DNA of 64,000 bases from a virus. Location of the stretch: the IMG/VR virus record IMGVR_UViG_3300037459_000226, positions 1-64,000 of that record, one strand, 5' to 3'. Position numbers and translations under genes: made by a program. Shown here piece after piece: positions 44,311 to 53,262 of the stretch. The notes beneath the pieces are model-generated. The model saw only the letters and a program-made list of their open reading frames with translations. It did not search any database and was not told the DNA's origin. Every line of letters starts with the position of its first letter. Position 1 is the stretch's first letter.

Positions 44311-45485
44311 TCCAAGGCGTCGGTTGCAAACTCCCACACGCCATCCGGGTAGAATGCGTGCGCCCCCTCGTTTACCGACAGGATGCAGTCAGCCCTGTTG
44401 TGGTAGACGGCCCGCGTGATCGCGAACCCCTCCCGAATGGAATCAACCGGCGCGACATCCCTGTCGCCCACGATCACCATCAGTGAACGCGGCGCAATCA
44501 AGGCCGCGATGTCAGGAAGATCGAAGTGCTCCCGCAAGCCGTGCGGCAAACAGGCCGGGCACGAGTGGTAGTTGTGGTCGAGACAGGAGTCCGCCATTGG
44601 TGCGAAGAATCCCGACGTGATGACGCACCTGATCCGCTCGTCACACGCGCCCGCATAGAGTGCGACCGCACCTCCGAGAGACTGGCCGACGATTCCGATG
44701 CGGCTGCCGTCGAAATCCGGCATGGTGTCCAGCCAACTCACAACCGAGGACACGTCGTTCACCCACTGCCCGGCAAGCGGCTTCCCGACCGCCTCCCACT
44801 GGGCTGCCGTCTTGGTGCAGTCGAAGCTCATGCCAGAGGCGGCGCCCTTCCCCGCGATGCGCAGAGAACCCTGCCCCCGCATCTCGATAACCGCTACCGC
44901 GAATCCAGCGCGGAGTGCCTGAAGGCCGTAGTCGCGGTTCCCCTCTGCCCGAACCCCCAACGCGATCGGCTTGACTCGCCCAGGACCGTGTCCGGGAATG
45001 CAGATCATCACGGGCCAGCCGTCAGCAGGCTGCGTTCCGCCGGGGCTGCCGACGAACACAGGGACTCGGACCCCGTCCGGCATGCGGAACACGTAGTCTT
45101 GAAACCGGAATCCGTGGTGGTGGAACTCCGCGAAAATCTGGACGTCCGACGGGGCCGCTGGCTCGTCAACCCCCAGGATCTCGACCAGCTTTTCACGACC
45201 GTGCGTACTCCCGCGAAAGAGCGGCGGCCGCTCAGAGAGTTCGCGCAGACGATCCCGAAGGCTCTCCCCGCCATTCGCCTGAGACCTGTAGTTAGCGTAG
45301 CGAGACGCCCGGTGGGGAATACGATCCAAGAGACGCGACATTAGGCGATCATTCTCGCGATCATTCTCTTCATCGCTTAAAACAATTGTCTCGTTGCTGG
45401 TGCCGCGGCCGGTAGCCCACAGGAACGCGACATCCGACACGCAGCCGATCACGATCCCCGCAATCAACGCATAAAGAATCTTCAT
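44307..45485 (-). CDS. Membrane-anchored alpha/beta hydrolase (acetyl-xylan-esterase/dienelactone-hydrolase-like); moron
   Basis: N-terminal TM; PGHG; RIGIVGQSLGG; DLPDIAALIAPR; GAHAF. Confidence 0.85.
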   Translation of the reverse strand: MKILYALIAGIVIGCVSDVAFLWATGRGTSNETIVLSDEENDRENDRLMSRLLDRIPHRASRYANYRSQANGGESLRDRLRELSERPPLFRGSTHGREKLVEILGVDEPAAPSDVQIFAEFHHHGFRFQDYVFRMPDGVRVPVFVGSPGGTQPADGWPVMICIPGHGPGRVKPIALGVRAEGNRDYGLQALRAGFAVAVIEMRGQGSLRIAGKGAASGMSFDCTKTAAQWEAVGKPLAGQWVNDVSSVVSWLDTMPDFDGSRIGIVGQSLGGAVALYAGACDERIRCVITSGFFAPMADSCLDHNYHSCPACLPHGLREHFDLPDIAALIAPRSLMVIVGDRDVAPVDSIREGFAITRAVYHNRADCILSVNEGAHAFYPDGVWEFATDALD

Positions 45486-45494
45486 CGCACGCTC

Positions 45495-45525
45495 CCTACC
45501 GGGACTCAGGGGTTGTCAACGTCAG
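45495..45525 (-). promoter_or_regulatory. Repeated promoter motif, copy 2
   Basis: ctgacg TTGACA acccctgagtcccgg TAGG. Confidence 0.55.
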
Positions 45526-46158
45526 ACGAAATCCTTGAGTTTCAGCTTCGTGATTATTCTGTGACCGCCTCTGTCGAACAGCCCTTCTGTGGGGCGCGCT
45601 ACCAACCCTTCCGCGGGGAAGTCACCCCAGGCGGACGTGAACCCTTCTTGGACGATCCGCACCATGTCCTTCAGGGTTCCTGTTCCCACCAAAGGCACGC
45701 ATTCAAGACCGAGTGTTTCGGCCACCTGTTCGACATCCGCTCTCCGGAGCCACCAGTCCCCCACCTTGACGTCGAAGAGAACAAAATCTTGGTTGGCACG
45801 GTAGTTCCCGCCACTCTGGATGCCAGCGCCGTAGCCCTCCCCGTAAAGGCACGCGCCGTCTGGGAATTGCTCTTGCAGGGTGTCATCAAAGAAGACCTCG
45901 CACAGCCGCGACAGCAGCTTAGGGGGCAATTGGGCGTTGTCGGACTTCCCCCTGAACTCCACGCGGCAGATCGCGTCAGTGATGACCCGGATGTTGGTCC
46001 CGTCCACCTTCTCGGTGAATTCCCATTCACAGTCCTGCAAGAACTCAAAAGCAGGAAGCGAGTATTCGCCGAGCAAAAGGGTCTTGTGACGGTTGTCCGG
46101 GTCCCTCTTGAACACGGTCTGGATCTTGTGGTACGGCTCGCCGCTGCATTCAGCCATG
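45522..46158 (-). CDS. ATP-dependent RNA ligase (Rnl2-like adenylation domain)
   Basis: YHKI.T.FKR, motif I EKVDGTN, LYGEGYG, FVLFDV, EGLV, KLK; exact start uncertain. Confidence 0.88.
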
Positions 46159-46171
46159 TCGGTTCTCCATT

Positions 46172-46199
46172 CGCCTACTCGATGCTCAGGAATTGTCAA
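46172..46199 (-). promoter_or_regulatory. Repeated promoter motif, copy 3
   Basis: TTGACA attcctgagcatcgag TAGGCG. Confidence 0.6.
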
Positions 46200-46408
46200 G
46201 ACTCATCTTTCCAAGGACACGTGAGCCAGACCAGCACCGAGAACATCAGGAACTTCGACTGGTAGTACCCGATCTCTCCGCGAGCAATCTTCCTTTCAAC
46301 ACTGCCGGCGTCAAATCCTTTCAGTTCGGTGTGACCGCCAATCGAAAGCACGCCGTACATGAAGGCAAAAAAGCACGCTACCCCAAACAGAAATTTTCTC
46401 ATGAACAT
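46196..46408 (-). CDS. Small two-TM membrane protein
   Basis: Two hydrophobic segments. Confidence 0.55.
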   Translation of the reverse strand: MFMRKFLFGVACFFAFMYGVLSIGGHTELKGFDAGSVERKIARGEIGYYQSKFLMFSVLVWLTCPWKDES

Positions 46409-46662
46409 CCCACATCTCCTCTCACCGGACTCTGGACCAATCCGGGTGAACTTGCCGCAATGATGTCAAGACCAGCAGAAGTGCTTTCCAAGAGCGACTC
46501 CCATACAACGCGAACATTCGGCGGCTGCGTCAGATCGGCGAGTCGCGCGGTAGCGACAAGTCTCGCGGCAGAGAGCGCGGCTGCCTGATCGTAGTTACGG
46601 CTATCCGTGACCATACCTTCTTCATGGATCACCGGAGTTGACGGCTGCTGTGTCGCACCCAT
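46399..46662 (-). CDS. Hypothetical protein
   Basis: GAGGAG RBS. Confidence 0.5.
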   Translation of the reverse strand: MGATQQPSTPVIHEEGMVTDSRNYDQAAALSAARLVATARLADLTQPPNVRVVWESLLESTSAGLDIIAASSPGLVQSPVRGDVGCS

Positions 46663-46708
46663 TATTGATCTCCTCTAGTTCGCGGATCGTGTGTCGGGTA
46701 GGTGGCGA

Positions 46709-47248
46709 TCATGCGGTGACGTCTTCCACGCGAGCGTTCCACTGATCGGCGAGATCACAGATCGCCCCTGGAATTTGAACAATGACCCTTGTTCCGATAA
46801 TGCACTCAGGATTAGGGCCGTCGTGGTGAAGCCCCCAGTTGTCGAACACGACATTACTGCCGCAGAATGGGCAGGGGAGAAGCTCGGAGGGTGACTCAGC
46901 GTGAGACGCAGACTTGATCCCCGTGACCCCCATCTTGACCCAGTAGCAGCACAAGGCAGGATGGTCGGCGATGTCCATGCAGTCAAGTAAGTTATCTTTC
47001 ACCAAGCGATCGACCAACCGACAAAGCGCTTCCACGCCAATGCCGCCACACGACCTCGCCAAATGCGAGTCGAACATCGTGGGAGCCTTGCCCAGCCTGT
47101 CTTCCATGTGGGCGACCGTGACGAGCAGCGCGATGCCGTCCGGGCCAAGCAGGATGCGCCGATCGGATTCGAGCGACAGCAGCCAGCGGACGTATTCAGC
47201 GAGAAAGTCGTCGGGACGGTCAAGGGGAGTCGCAGAAGTGTCGGGCAT
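46709..47248 (-). CDS. wHTH domain paralogous to the initiator N-terminus, fused to a Lar-like Zn ribbon
   Basis: LGPDGIALL..V..MED...APT...S.L...CG; ELLPCPFCG...WNAR. Confidence 0.7.
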   Translation of the reverse strand: MPDTSATPLDRPDDFLAEYVRWLLSLESDRRILLGPDGIALLVTVAHMEDRLGKAPTMFDSHLARSCGGIGVEALCRLVDRLVKDNLLDCMDIADHPALCCYWVKMGVTGIKSASHAESPSELLPCPFCGSNVVFDNWGLHHDGPNPECIIGTRVIVQIPGAICDLADQWNARVEDVTA

Positions 47249-47382
47249 TACATTTCCTCCAAACAGTCGTCACAAGTTCTGGGGTGGCCCGGAGGCTCTG
47301 CCCCTTCAAGCACGTCGTCGAAGAAGACGCCGCACAACTGGCACGTGATGCCTTCGTAGATGTCGTCTGCGATTTCGCCCAT
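47248..47382 (-). CDS. 44-aa Zn-finger protein (not in ORF track)
   Basis: MGEIADDIYEGITCQLCG..PGHPRTCDDC; TAATG coupling. Confidence 0.65.
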   Translation of the reverse strand: MGEIADDIYEGITCQLCGVFFDDVLEGAEPPGHPRTCDDCLEEM

Positions 47383-47396
47383 CAGTTTCTCCCGCC

Positions 47397-48506
47397 TCAC
47401 TCTGCTTTTGGAAACAGGCCGTCTTTTGAATCAGGAGGCTCGGCAGGCCCCGCCCGCAAGTCGGTAATCTGTTTGAACAGCTCGTTCGCCTGGTCAGCGG
47501 TGATGTCGCCGCTTTCGACGCCGTCTGGAATCATCTCCTTCTCGTAGCGCTCGACTGTCTCCGGCGTTTGCCATTCCGTGAGCATCCGACTGAGGAACTC
47601 GAAGACTGGCTCGTCGTCGGGATCGGGCGCTCTCGCCGTTTTCGTCTGGGGCGCGTCCGCATACACCGGAGGCCCGCCAGCTTCAGTGTCGGTTCCGGGG
47701 TCCATAGGAGCGTTATTGGGCTGCTGATACTTTTTGATTGCCGCCTCCTGGGCAAGACGCTGTGACTTTGTACCACGGGAGTAGGCAAGCGGGTCTTCCT
47801 TCTGTGCCCGCTCGGTGGCCTCCAGTACGGCCTCCATCTGGACGAACTCATCCGGGGTCAGCGCACTGATGCTGGTGTAGAATCGGGCGGCGTGTCGGTA
47901 CGACGTGATCAGAAGCATGTGGTTTGGGAGTCCACCCGCCCCCGTCTTCCACTTCATCTGCCCACTGTTCCAATCCGACATATACGCCTTGAACGCTGAC
48001 GGGTGCGTGCGATGCTTATTGAAGATCGTGCACGTGATCGCGACAAGGCGCTCTTTTTCGTCTCGGTGTTCCTCGAATGTGTGACCGTCGTATCCTGGAA
48101 CCCGCTGACAGCACTTGATCCAGCCGTCCACACCAATGATTACGAACACCCGCCCGTCGTTCCCGCGGACGAGGTAGATTTCCTTGGTTACGGGGTCGAG
48201 GTTGTAGTTGGCAATCAGGACCATGCCGGCGAAGACTTCGGCGTTGGTGAATAGCGGGGCGTCAATCCTCCGAGGCTGGCCCTGTCCAGGAAAGTTCGGG
48301 TTGTCGATCTGACCCGGCTTGAAAATGCTCCGCCGCATGAACTCCACAACACTGTCCGGGCTGATCCCGTACTTATCGCCGCAACGCTTCTTAATCTCCG
48401 GAACATCCTCCGTCTGCTGGATGACCTGATCGAGTAGACCCGACTGCTCCTGCTGTTGTGGTTGGGCCGGAGCGGACTGCGACTGCTTTTGGGTTGCTGA
48501 TGGCAT
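47397..48506 (-). CDS. RecT/Redbeta-family single-strand annealing protein
   Basis: YNLDPVTKEIY..IGVDGW; W...P.HML....RHAAR; close to YqaJ. Confidence 0.82.
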   Translation of the reverse strand: MPSATQKQSQSAPAQPQQQEQSGLLDQVIQQTEDVPEIKKRCGDKYGISPDSVVEFMRRSIFKPGQIDNPNFPGQGQPRRIDAPLFTNAEVFAGMVLIANYNLDPVTKEIYLVRGNDGRVFVIIGVDGWIKCCQRVPGYDGHTFEEHRDEKERLVAITCTIFNKHRTHPSAFKAYMSDWNSGQMKWKTGAGGLPNHMLLITSYRHAARFYTSISALTPDEFVQMEAVLEATERAQKEDPLAYSRGTKSQRLAQEAAIKKYQQPNNAPMDPGTDTEAGGPPVYADAPQTKTARAPDPDDEPVFEFLSRMLTEWQTPETVERYEKEMIPDGVESGDITADQANELFKQITDLRAGPAEPPDSKDGLFPKAE

Positions 48507-48546
48507 CTGCGTTTCTCCTGTTGTGATTGAAAAAGGGGCCTGCATC

Positions 48547-48972
48547 TCAGCCCTGCGCCCGCCTCAATTGGGACATCAGGTTCGCTCCCATCTGCTGTCT
48601 ATCTAACTCCGGTATTGTGTCGATTGCGGCGTCGCCAACCGTCACCAAGCCCTCGCACGCGACAACCGTTGCTACGCACTCAGCGGATTCGTTGTGGTCG
48701 CCGACGTGCACCCGCACCGACAAGCTCGGACACATCCCCAAGATATCGAGCAGCACTTCGCGGACAGATTCTGCGTCGTAATTTCGCTCTGCCAGATTGC
48801 CGACCGCGCTGATTTGTTCTCCCGCCCAGTCCGGCAGACCACAGACTCCGGCCGTATACACGAGACAGTGGAAGTTCTCGTAATCATCTCCGGGGTCCAG
48901 CATCTCACGCAGCTTCGGGACATCGTGAGCACCGCAGGTTCCCTCGATTTTGACTCGTCTCCAATCGCCCAT
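48547..48972 (-). CDS. Hypothetical protein
   Basis: Clean ORF between the exonuclease and the annealase. Confidence 0.65.
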   Translation of the reverse strand: MGDWRRVKIEGTCGAHDVPKLREMLDPGDDYENFHCLVYTAGVCGLPDWAGEQISAVGNLAERNYDAESVREVLLDILGMCPSLSVRVHVGDHNESAECVATVVACEGLVTVGDAAIDTIPELDRQQMGANLMSQLRRAQG

Positions 48973-49218
48973 GTCACACCCTTTCTATTTCACTTGGTTT
49001 CACAGTTCGTTTGAAAAGGCCAGAACGCGGTTTTCGGCGCCCTCCTCTGGCCGCATGGAAGGAGTAAGTATTCCTGGGGAGGGGTATGCGTTATTGCCGT
49101 GGCACTCACGCCTCACCACTTCCCTCGGCTACCGGCGCCAAACAGAATCGACTGCTGTCAGACACTTTCGCCCTTAACCGCCGGGAACAGCGGAGTTCAA
49201 AGTCTCCTATAACTGTGA

Positions 49219-50166
49219 TCACTTGCCCTTGATCTCCCGCATGTCGACGTAGCTCGACGGCTTCACGGTGTACTCTTTCTTGTGGATCTCTTTGCGGCGC
49301 ACGATCCGACCATCCGGCAACTCGACTCCGAAGTTGTCGCCGATTTCTTCCTTGCACTTAGCTCGCGTGATGGCTCGCTCGGCCTTGAATCTTTTCTCTT
49401 CCTCGTACTGAGTCTTCTGCCATTCCCACATCGCGACGAACTCTTCACTCGCCGGAACGATCAGCCCGCTGTCTACATTGTCGTAGATGCGGTTCGTAAG
49501 TTCGACAGCCGAGCGGTGCTCGTAGTTGACCTCCGGAGGGTCGTTGTGCTCCACCCGCTCGATCATCTCTTTCGCCGACGCAATCAGGATGTCGTGGATG
49601 CCGGCGTCCGCCTCGACGTGAAACCGCTTCAGCTTCCGGCCGTCGATCAACACGGCCACGATCGCGACCTCCATGTTCATCACGAGCAACTGTTGCTGCG
49701 CCTGAACGAGCCAGTCGGTGGGACACTCGTCCGTCTCTTCGTCCCCCATCTGGCCAGACTCCATCAGGATCTTCACGTAGAACCCGCACGACGTCTTGAG
49801 TTCGCACGGACAGACCTGCATGACCCGCTCGGAGTAGACCAGCGCGTCGGGAGTTGCTGAGACGTAGGGGTGATCGGCCATGCGGTACATGCCGACCGGA
49901 TAACGCGGATCTCTGGCCGGCTCATACTTCAGCACGCGGTCCAGAACGACAGGCTCCAACAGCTTCCCCAACTCGACAGCGTCGTTGTCTGTGAAGTCTT
50001 CGGACTTGCCGCACTTCGACCAATACACGTCGGCCGGCTGACGGTAGCTGTCCTTCATGCCGGCGGCCGCCGCGGCCTCACTCGCGCCGACGCTCAGCAA
50101 TCGGGCGTCGTCCCACTCGGGAGTATTTTCGTCGGCTACGAAGATTGGTTCAGGCGGCGTCTTCAT
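49219..50166 (-). CDS. YqaJ/lambda-exonuclease family protein
   Basis: EW...R...VGASEAAA, G..LEP, SATPDA, ELKT, Q.QQQL. Confidence 0.9.
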   Translation of the reverse strand: MKTPPEPIFVADENTPEWDDARLLSVGASEAAAAAGMKDSYRQPADVYWSKCGKSEDFTDNDAVELGKLLEPVVLDRVLKYEPARDPRYPVGMYRMADHPYVSATPDALVYSERVMQVCPCELKTSCGFYVKILMESGQMGDEETDECPTDWLVQAQQQLLVMNMEVAIVAVLIDGRKLKRFHVEADAGIHDILIASAKEMIERVEHNDPPEVNYEHRSAVELTNRIYDNVDSGLIVPASEEFVAMWEWQKTQYEEEKRFKAERAITRAKCKEEIGDNFGVELPDGRIVRRKEIHKKEYTVKPSSYVDMREIKGK

Positions 50167-50347
50167 TGACCTGTCCTTTCTTGATCTGCTTTGCACGACC
50201 GTGAAGCACATCGTGTTCGGCTCCGCACCGGCAATGATGCACCAGGACGGTGTCCCAGTTCTTGCGGGTGTAGTTGGAGAACACGTTCTCCCTCCCGCAC
50301 GTCTTGCACGTGTAGCCCGTCGGCGGCGGTTTCTTGTTACGACCCAT
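50150..50347 (-). CDS. Small Zn-ribbon protein
   Basis: CKTCG..CRCG; GGGAG RBS. Confidence 0.65.
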   Translation of the reverse strand: MGRNKKPPPTGYTCKTCGRENVFSNYTRKNWDTVLVHHCRCGAEHDVLHGRAKQIKKGQVNEDAA

Positions 50348-50388
50348 TCAAAAGCTCCCAGAGATGTCCGCCATGCCGATCAACCTTT

Positions 50389-50741
50389 GGCAACGATATA
50401 CTTGACTCATCACTCTCCGGCCTCTTCGTCGATTACAAACCACTCTGCGCCGCCGGCACAACCAGTCGGCCGGATCAGCCCTCGCCGCAGCAGCATCCAG
50501 ACCACGAAATCAGATGGATCGTTGTTTTTAAGGTCTCCCCATCCGAAGTAGTTCAAGATCCCCAGCGACTTCCCGGACTCGTCATAGGCGTCAGTCCGCA
50601 GGATCATCAGCTTCTCGCCGGCAGCAATACGGCTAAGGATCGTTCGATCCTCACGATCCAGACGCCTCGTTTTTGTGCGGTCGAAAAACGGGTTTCTACC
50701 TCTCACTGTCGCCCCCTCCGTGAGTCAAGTATGTCGGTGCC
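50389..50741. mobile_element. Single-gene cassette bounded by IS1595-like inverted repeats (cassette B)
   Basis: Left GGCAACGATATACTTGACTCA, right TGAGTCAAGTATGTCGGTGCC; encloses ORF 50410-50706. Confidence 0.7.
50410..50706 (-). CDS. Passenger hypothetical protein of cassette B
   Basis: GGAGG RBS abutting one IR; stop codon abutting the other. Confidence 0.65.
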   Translation of the reverse strand: MRGRNPFFDRTKTRRLDREDRTILSRIAAGEKLMILRTDAYDESGKSLGILNYFGWGDLKNNDPSDFVVWMLLRRGLIRPTGCAGGAEWFVIDEEAGE

Positions 50742-50751
50742 TAAGCAAGTC

Positions 50752-52221
50752 TCAAACAATTTCGCTGTGCAGTTCGCGATTGACGTCGTGCGCGTCACGT
50801 GACCGCGCCGTGACGATCCAGGTGTTGTGCTCGCGGGCCATTGTCCGCATGTTGTCGATCGCCGCGTCGTCGAGACCCTCAAAGAAACCCTGTTCCACCG
50901 GGATCAATCCACCCGGCCCGACAGACCGTATCGCGATCTTCAATGCCAGTGTCGTCCGCTCGCCGTGGGAGAGTTCCGCGATGTAGGTCCGTCCGCGATC
51001 CGTGTCGACCACAATGCGAGTCTTGCCGCGCTCGTCCTCCTTGATCCCCATCTCGGGACACGCCTTTTCCACGGCCGATGTCAGGACGCCCGTGCAACCG
51101 TGTGCCGCCGTCCGCATTTCAGCCGCCACTTTCCCTAGCGCTTCGGCGTTCACATCGTACGCCTCGGCTTCTGTCTTTTTGAGACGCGCTTCGCGCACGA
51201 CCTTGCAGTTCTGCATCTGCTCGGAGATGGTGGCCTCCGATGCGACCAACTCTATGAGCTTCACTTTCGAGGGGCGTATCATTAACGAAAAACATTCGAT
51301 CGTCTTTTGACACAGGAAGTTTGCAGCGTCTATCCGCTCGGCGTTTTGTGCGTGTTCGTCGCACTCCAGAATCGCCTGCTCTGCCGCGGCGACCTGCCGG
51401 CGCAGGTCAACTAGGTCTTCATTTAGGGCCCTTCTCCGGTGAACGACGTCGGACACCTTGTTCTTTGGCTGATCCACGATCTGTCTGCGGGCTGTATCCG
51501 CCGCGACTTCTGAGTTCGCGTACTGTTCGATCTGCCGGCGCAACTCTGCCTCTTCGCCAACAACCTTTCGGTACTCAGCCGCAATCACGGTGTCGTCGAA
51601 CGGCTGATCAAGATCGACACCCTTAATCATCTCAAGGGCCGCGTCCCGTTTCTGCTCGAAGTTCTTCTGCGCGTCTTCCCGCTTACGGGCGACCGCCTCA
51701 ATGTCACGCTTCACCGCAGCCGCCATCGCGACAAGGTCTTTGCCCGCGAGAGCCGACGGAGACACAATTGCCAGTAGGCGAGTCTCGCCACCAACCAGAT
51801 CGTAGAACTTCCTGGCATCAGCCTCGACGCCAGTGATGCCGAGAATGGCCTTGATCCTGGCGGAATCGGCAGCGCCGGGATCGTTGAATCCGGGGTCAAC
51901 CAGTTGGGCGATCGAAAATTTCCCCTCGTCAAGCGAAACCGCCTCTAGCTCCCCGGAGCGACGAGTAGAATTGCGAAACGTGACCGTGGCACCAAGACCA
52001 CTCACGGAGGCCACGTCCGCACCATCTCGTTTGTTGAGCTTCCCCTCGCCCGTTACCCAGGTCCTCACCCCCTTGAGCAGTTCCGTCTTCCCGCTCCCGT
52101 TCGGACCTACGAAAGCGACGATTCCGCCGCCCTCCGGAAGCGGAATGGAAATCAGGGGGACCGGCCCGATCTCCTTAAACTCCAGCGTCTTCGTGCTACT
52201 GCTGCTGTTGCTTTCGCTCAC
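50752..52221 (-). CDS. SMC/Rad50-like ATPase with coiled coil
   Basis: GPNGSGKT; coiled coil; signature LSHGE; degenerate Walker B (LIPVEQ). Confidence 0.8.
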   Translation of the reverse strand: MSESNSSSSTKTLEFKEIGPVPLISIPLPEGGGIVAFVGPNGSGKTELLKGVRTWVTGEGKLNKRDGADVASVSGLGATVTFRNSTRRSGELEAVSLDEGKFSIAQLVDPGFNDPGAADSARIKAILGITGVEADARKFYDLVGGETRLLAIVSPSALAGKDLVAMAAAVKRDIEAVARKREDAQKNFEQKRDAALEMIKGVDLDQPFDDTVIAAEYRKVVGEEAELRRQIEQYANSEVAADTARRQIVDQPKNKVSDVVHRRRALNEDLVDLRRQVAAAEQAILECDEHAQNAERIDAANFLCQKTIECFSLMIRPSKVKLIELVASEATISEQMQNCKVVREARLKKTEAEAYDVNAEALGKVAAEMRTAAHGCTGVLTSAVEKACPEMGIKEDERGKTRIVVDTDRGRTYIAELSHGERTTLALKIAIRSVGPGGLIPVEQGFFEGLDDAAIDNMRTMAREHNTWIVTARSRDAHDVNRELHSEIV

Positions 52222-52378
52222 GAGCTATGGCCTCCGCTACTTCGGACCGATGGACTGGGATCTCACGTGGCGCCTGGATACCCAAACGTACCTTGTCGCC
52301 GCGAATCTCGACAACAATGACTTCGATGTTCCCGTCGATGATGATCTTTTCGTCTTTTTTTCGTGAAAGTACCAACAT
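52196..52378 (-). CDS. csrA: Carbon storage regulator CsrA/RsmA
   Basis: MLVLSRK..EKIII..NIEV.VVEIRGDKVRLGIQAPREIPVHRSEV. Confidence 0.97.
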   Translation of the reverse strand: MLVLSRKKDEKIIIDGNIEVIVVEIRGDKVRLGIQAPREIPVHRSEVAEAIARERKQQQQ

Positions 52379-52408
52379 GCCTTCCCCCTTCCGTGGTGAG
52401 TGTTTCCG

Positions 52409-52621
52409 TTACGTTCCAATGTCCTCGTTTTGAATCCTCGCAAAGCGAGCATCCCACCCTGCCGCGTCTCTGATCTCTCGCGTGAGCCGCCCCGGCGTCG
52501 GATAGAGGCGCTCGTGAATCGCCCACAAGGCGACGGCGTCCATTGTGAACGGACCAGGGTTACGCCGATGGTATTCGTCGACGACCTCCTGAAGTCTCTT
52601 CGTCTTCGTCTTACGTGGCAT
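52409..52621 (-). CDS. Hypothetical protein (possibly truncated)
   Basis: LQ.VV.EY......F.M..VA.WAI. Confidence 0.5.
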   Translation of the reverse strand: MPRKTKTKRLQEVVDEYHRRNPGPFTMDAVALWAIHERLYPTPGRLTREIRDAAGWDARFARIQNEDIGT

Positions 52622-52641
52622 CACTCTTCGTCTCCGAGGTG

Positions 52642-53019
52642 TCAGAGATAACAGCGGCAACCGGAGTCCACCAACTCGAACTTAGCAGTCGCGATGAACG
52701 TTTCAGGTTTATCCGTGCCCACCTCTTTGAACTCCGTGCACACCAGTTGTCCGGCATCCTCCGGCACAAAGTCGGACAACCTCACTGCGTCGCCGACTCG
52801 GTACGGAAGGTCCATGCTTAAACCGCTGACTGTGACTCTCGTCGGCCTAGTGCCAGCAATTCTGATTCCGACCGACTCTGGAGTCCCATATCGGCGACCG
52901 CCCGTGCGCATAAACTCTCGTATCGGCCCGCCGGGATAGTGCCGAACAGTCAACGTGCTGAGGTCCGCTTTCGGCTGGAACTCGACTCCACACTTTCGGC
53001 ACTTCACGTTGGTAATCAT
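52642..53019 (-). CDS. Hypothetical protein
   Basis: ATGA coupling. Confidence 0.5.
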   Translation of the reverse strand: MITNVKCRKCGVEFQPKADLSTLTVRHYPGGPIREFMRTGGRRYGTPESVGIRIAGTRPTRVTVSGLSMDLPYRVGDAVRLSDFVPEDAGQLVCTEFKEVGTDKPETFIATAKFELVDSGCRCYL

Positions 53020-53261
53020 TCGCCGGCCTCATCGTCATCCAAAAACATCCACGGCTCGCCGAACTTGATCGCCGGCAACAAGACCGGCCACGGATCGCCT
53101 GATTTGAGATTTACCGCACGGAATTTCGAGTACCGATCCGAACCCAACCACCACACAAGGATATCGGTATCGTCCAGCCACGTGTCGACAGCGAGATACA
53201 CTCCGGGACGGTCGGGTAGAACGAGCGGTGGCGGTTTGACGAACTTTGTTGGGTGAGGCAC
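53016..53261 (-). CDS. Hypothetical protein
   Basis: GGAGG RBS; LPDRPGVY. Confidence 0.55.
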   Translation of the reverse strand: MPHPTKFVKPPPLVLPDRPGVYLAVDTWLDDTDILVWWLGSDRYSKFRAVNLKSGDPWPVLLPAIKFGEPWMFLDDDEAGE

Positions 53262-53262
53262 A

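Noticed and set aside
49150-49210. Twister, pistol or hammerhead ribozyme
   Set aside because: Conserved catalytic core nucleotides and pseudoknots could not be placed
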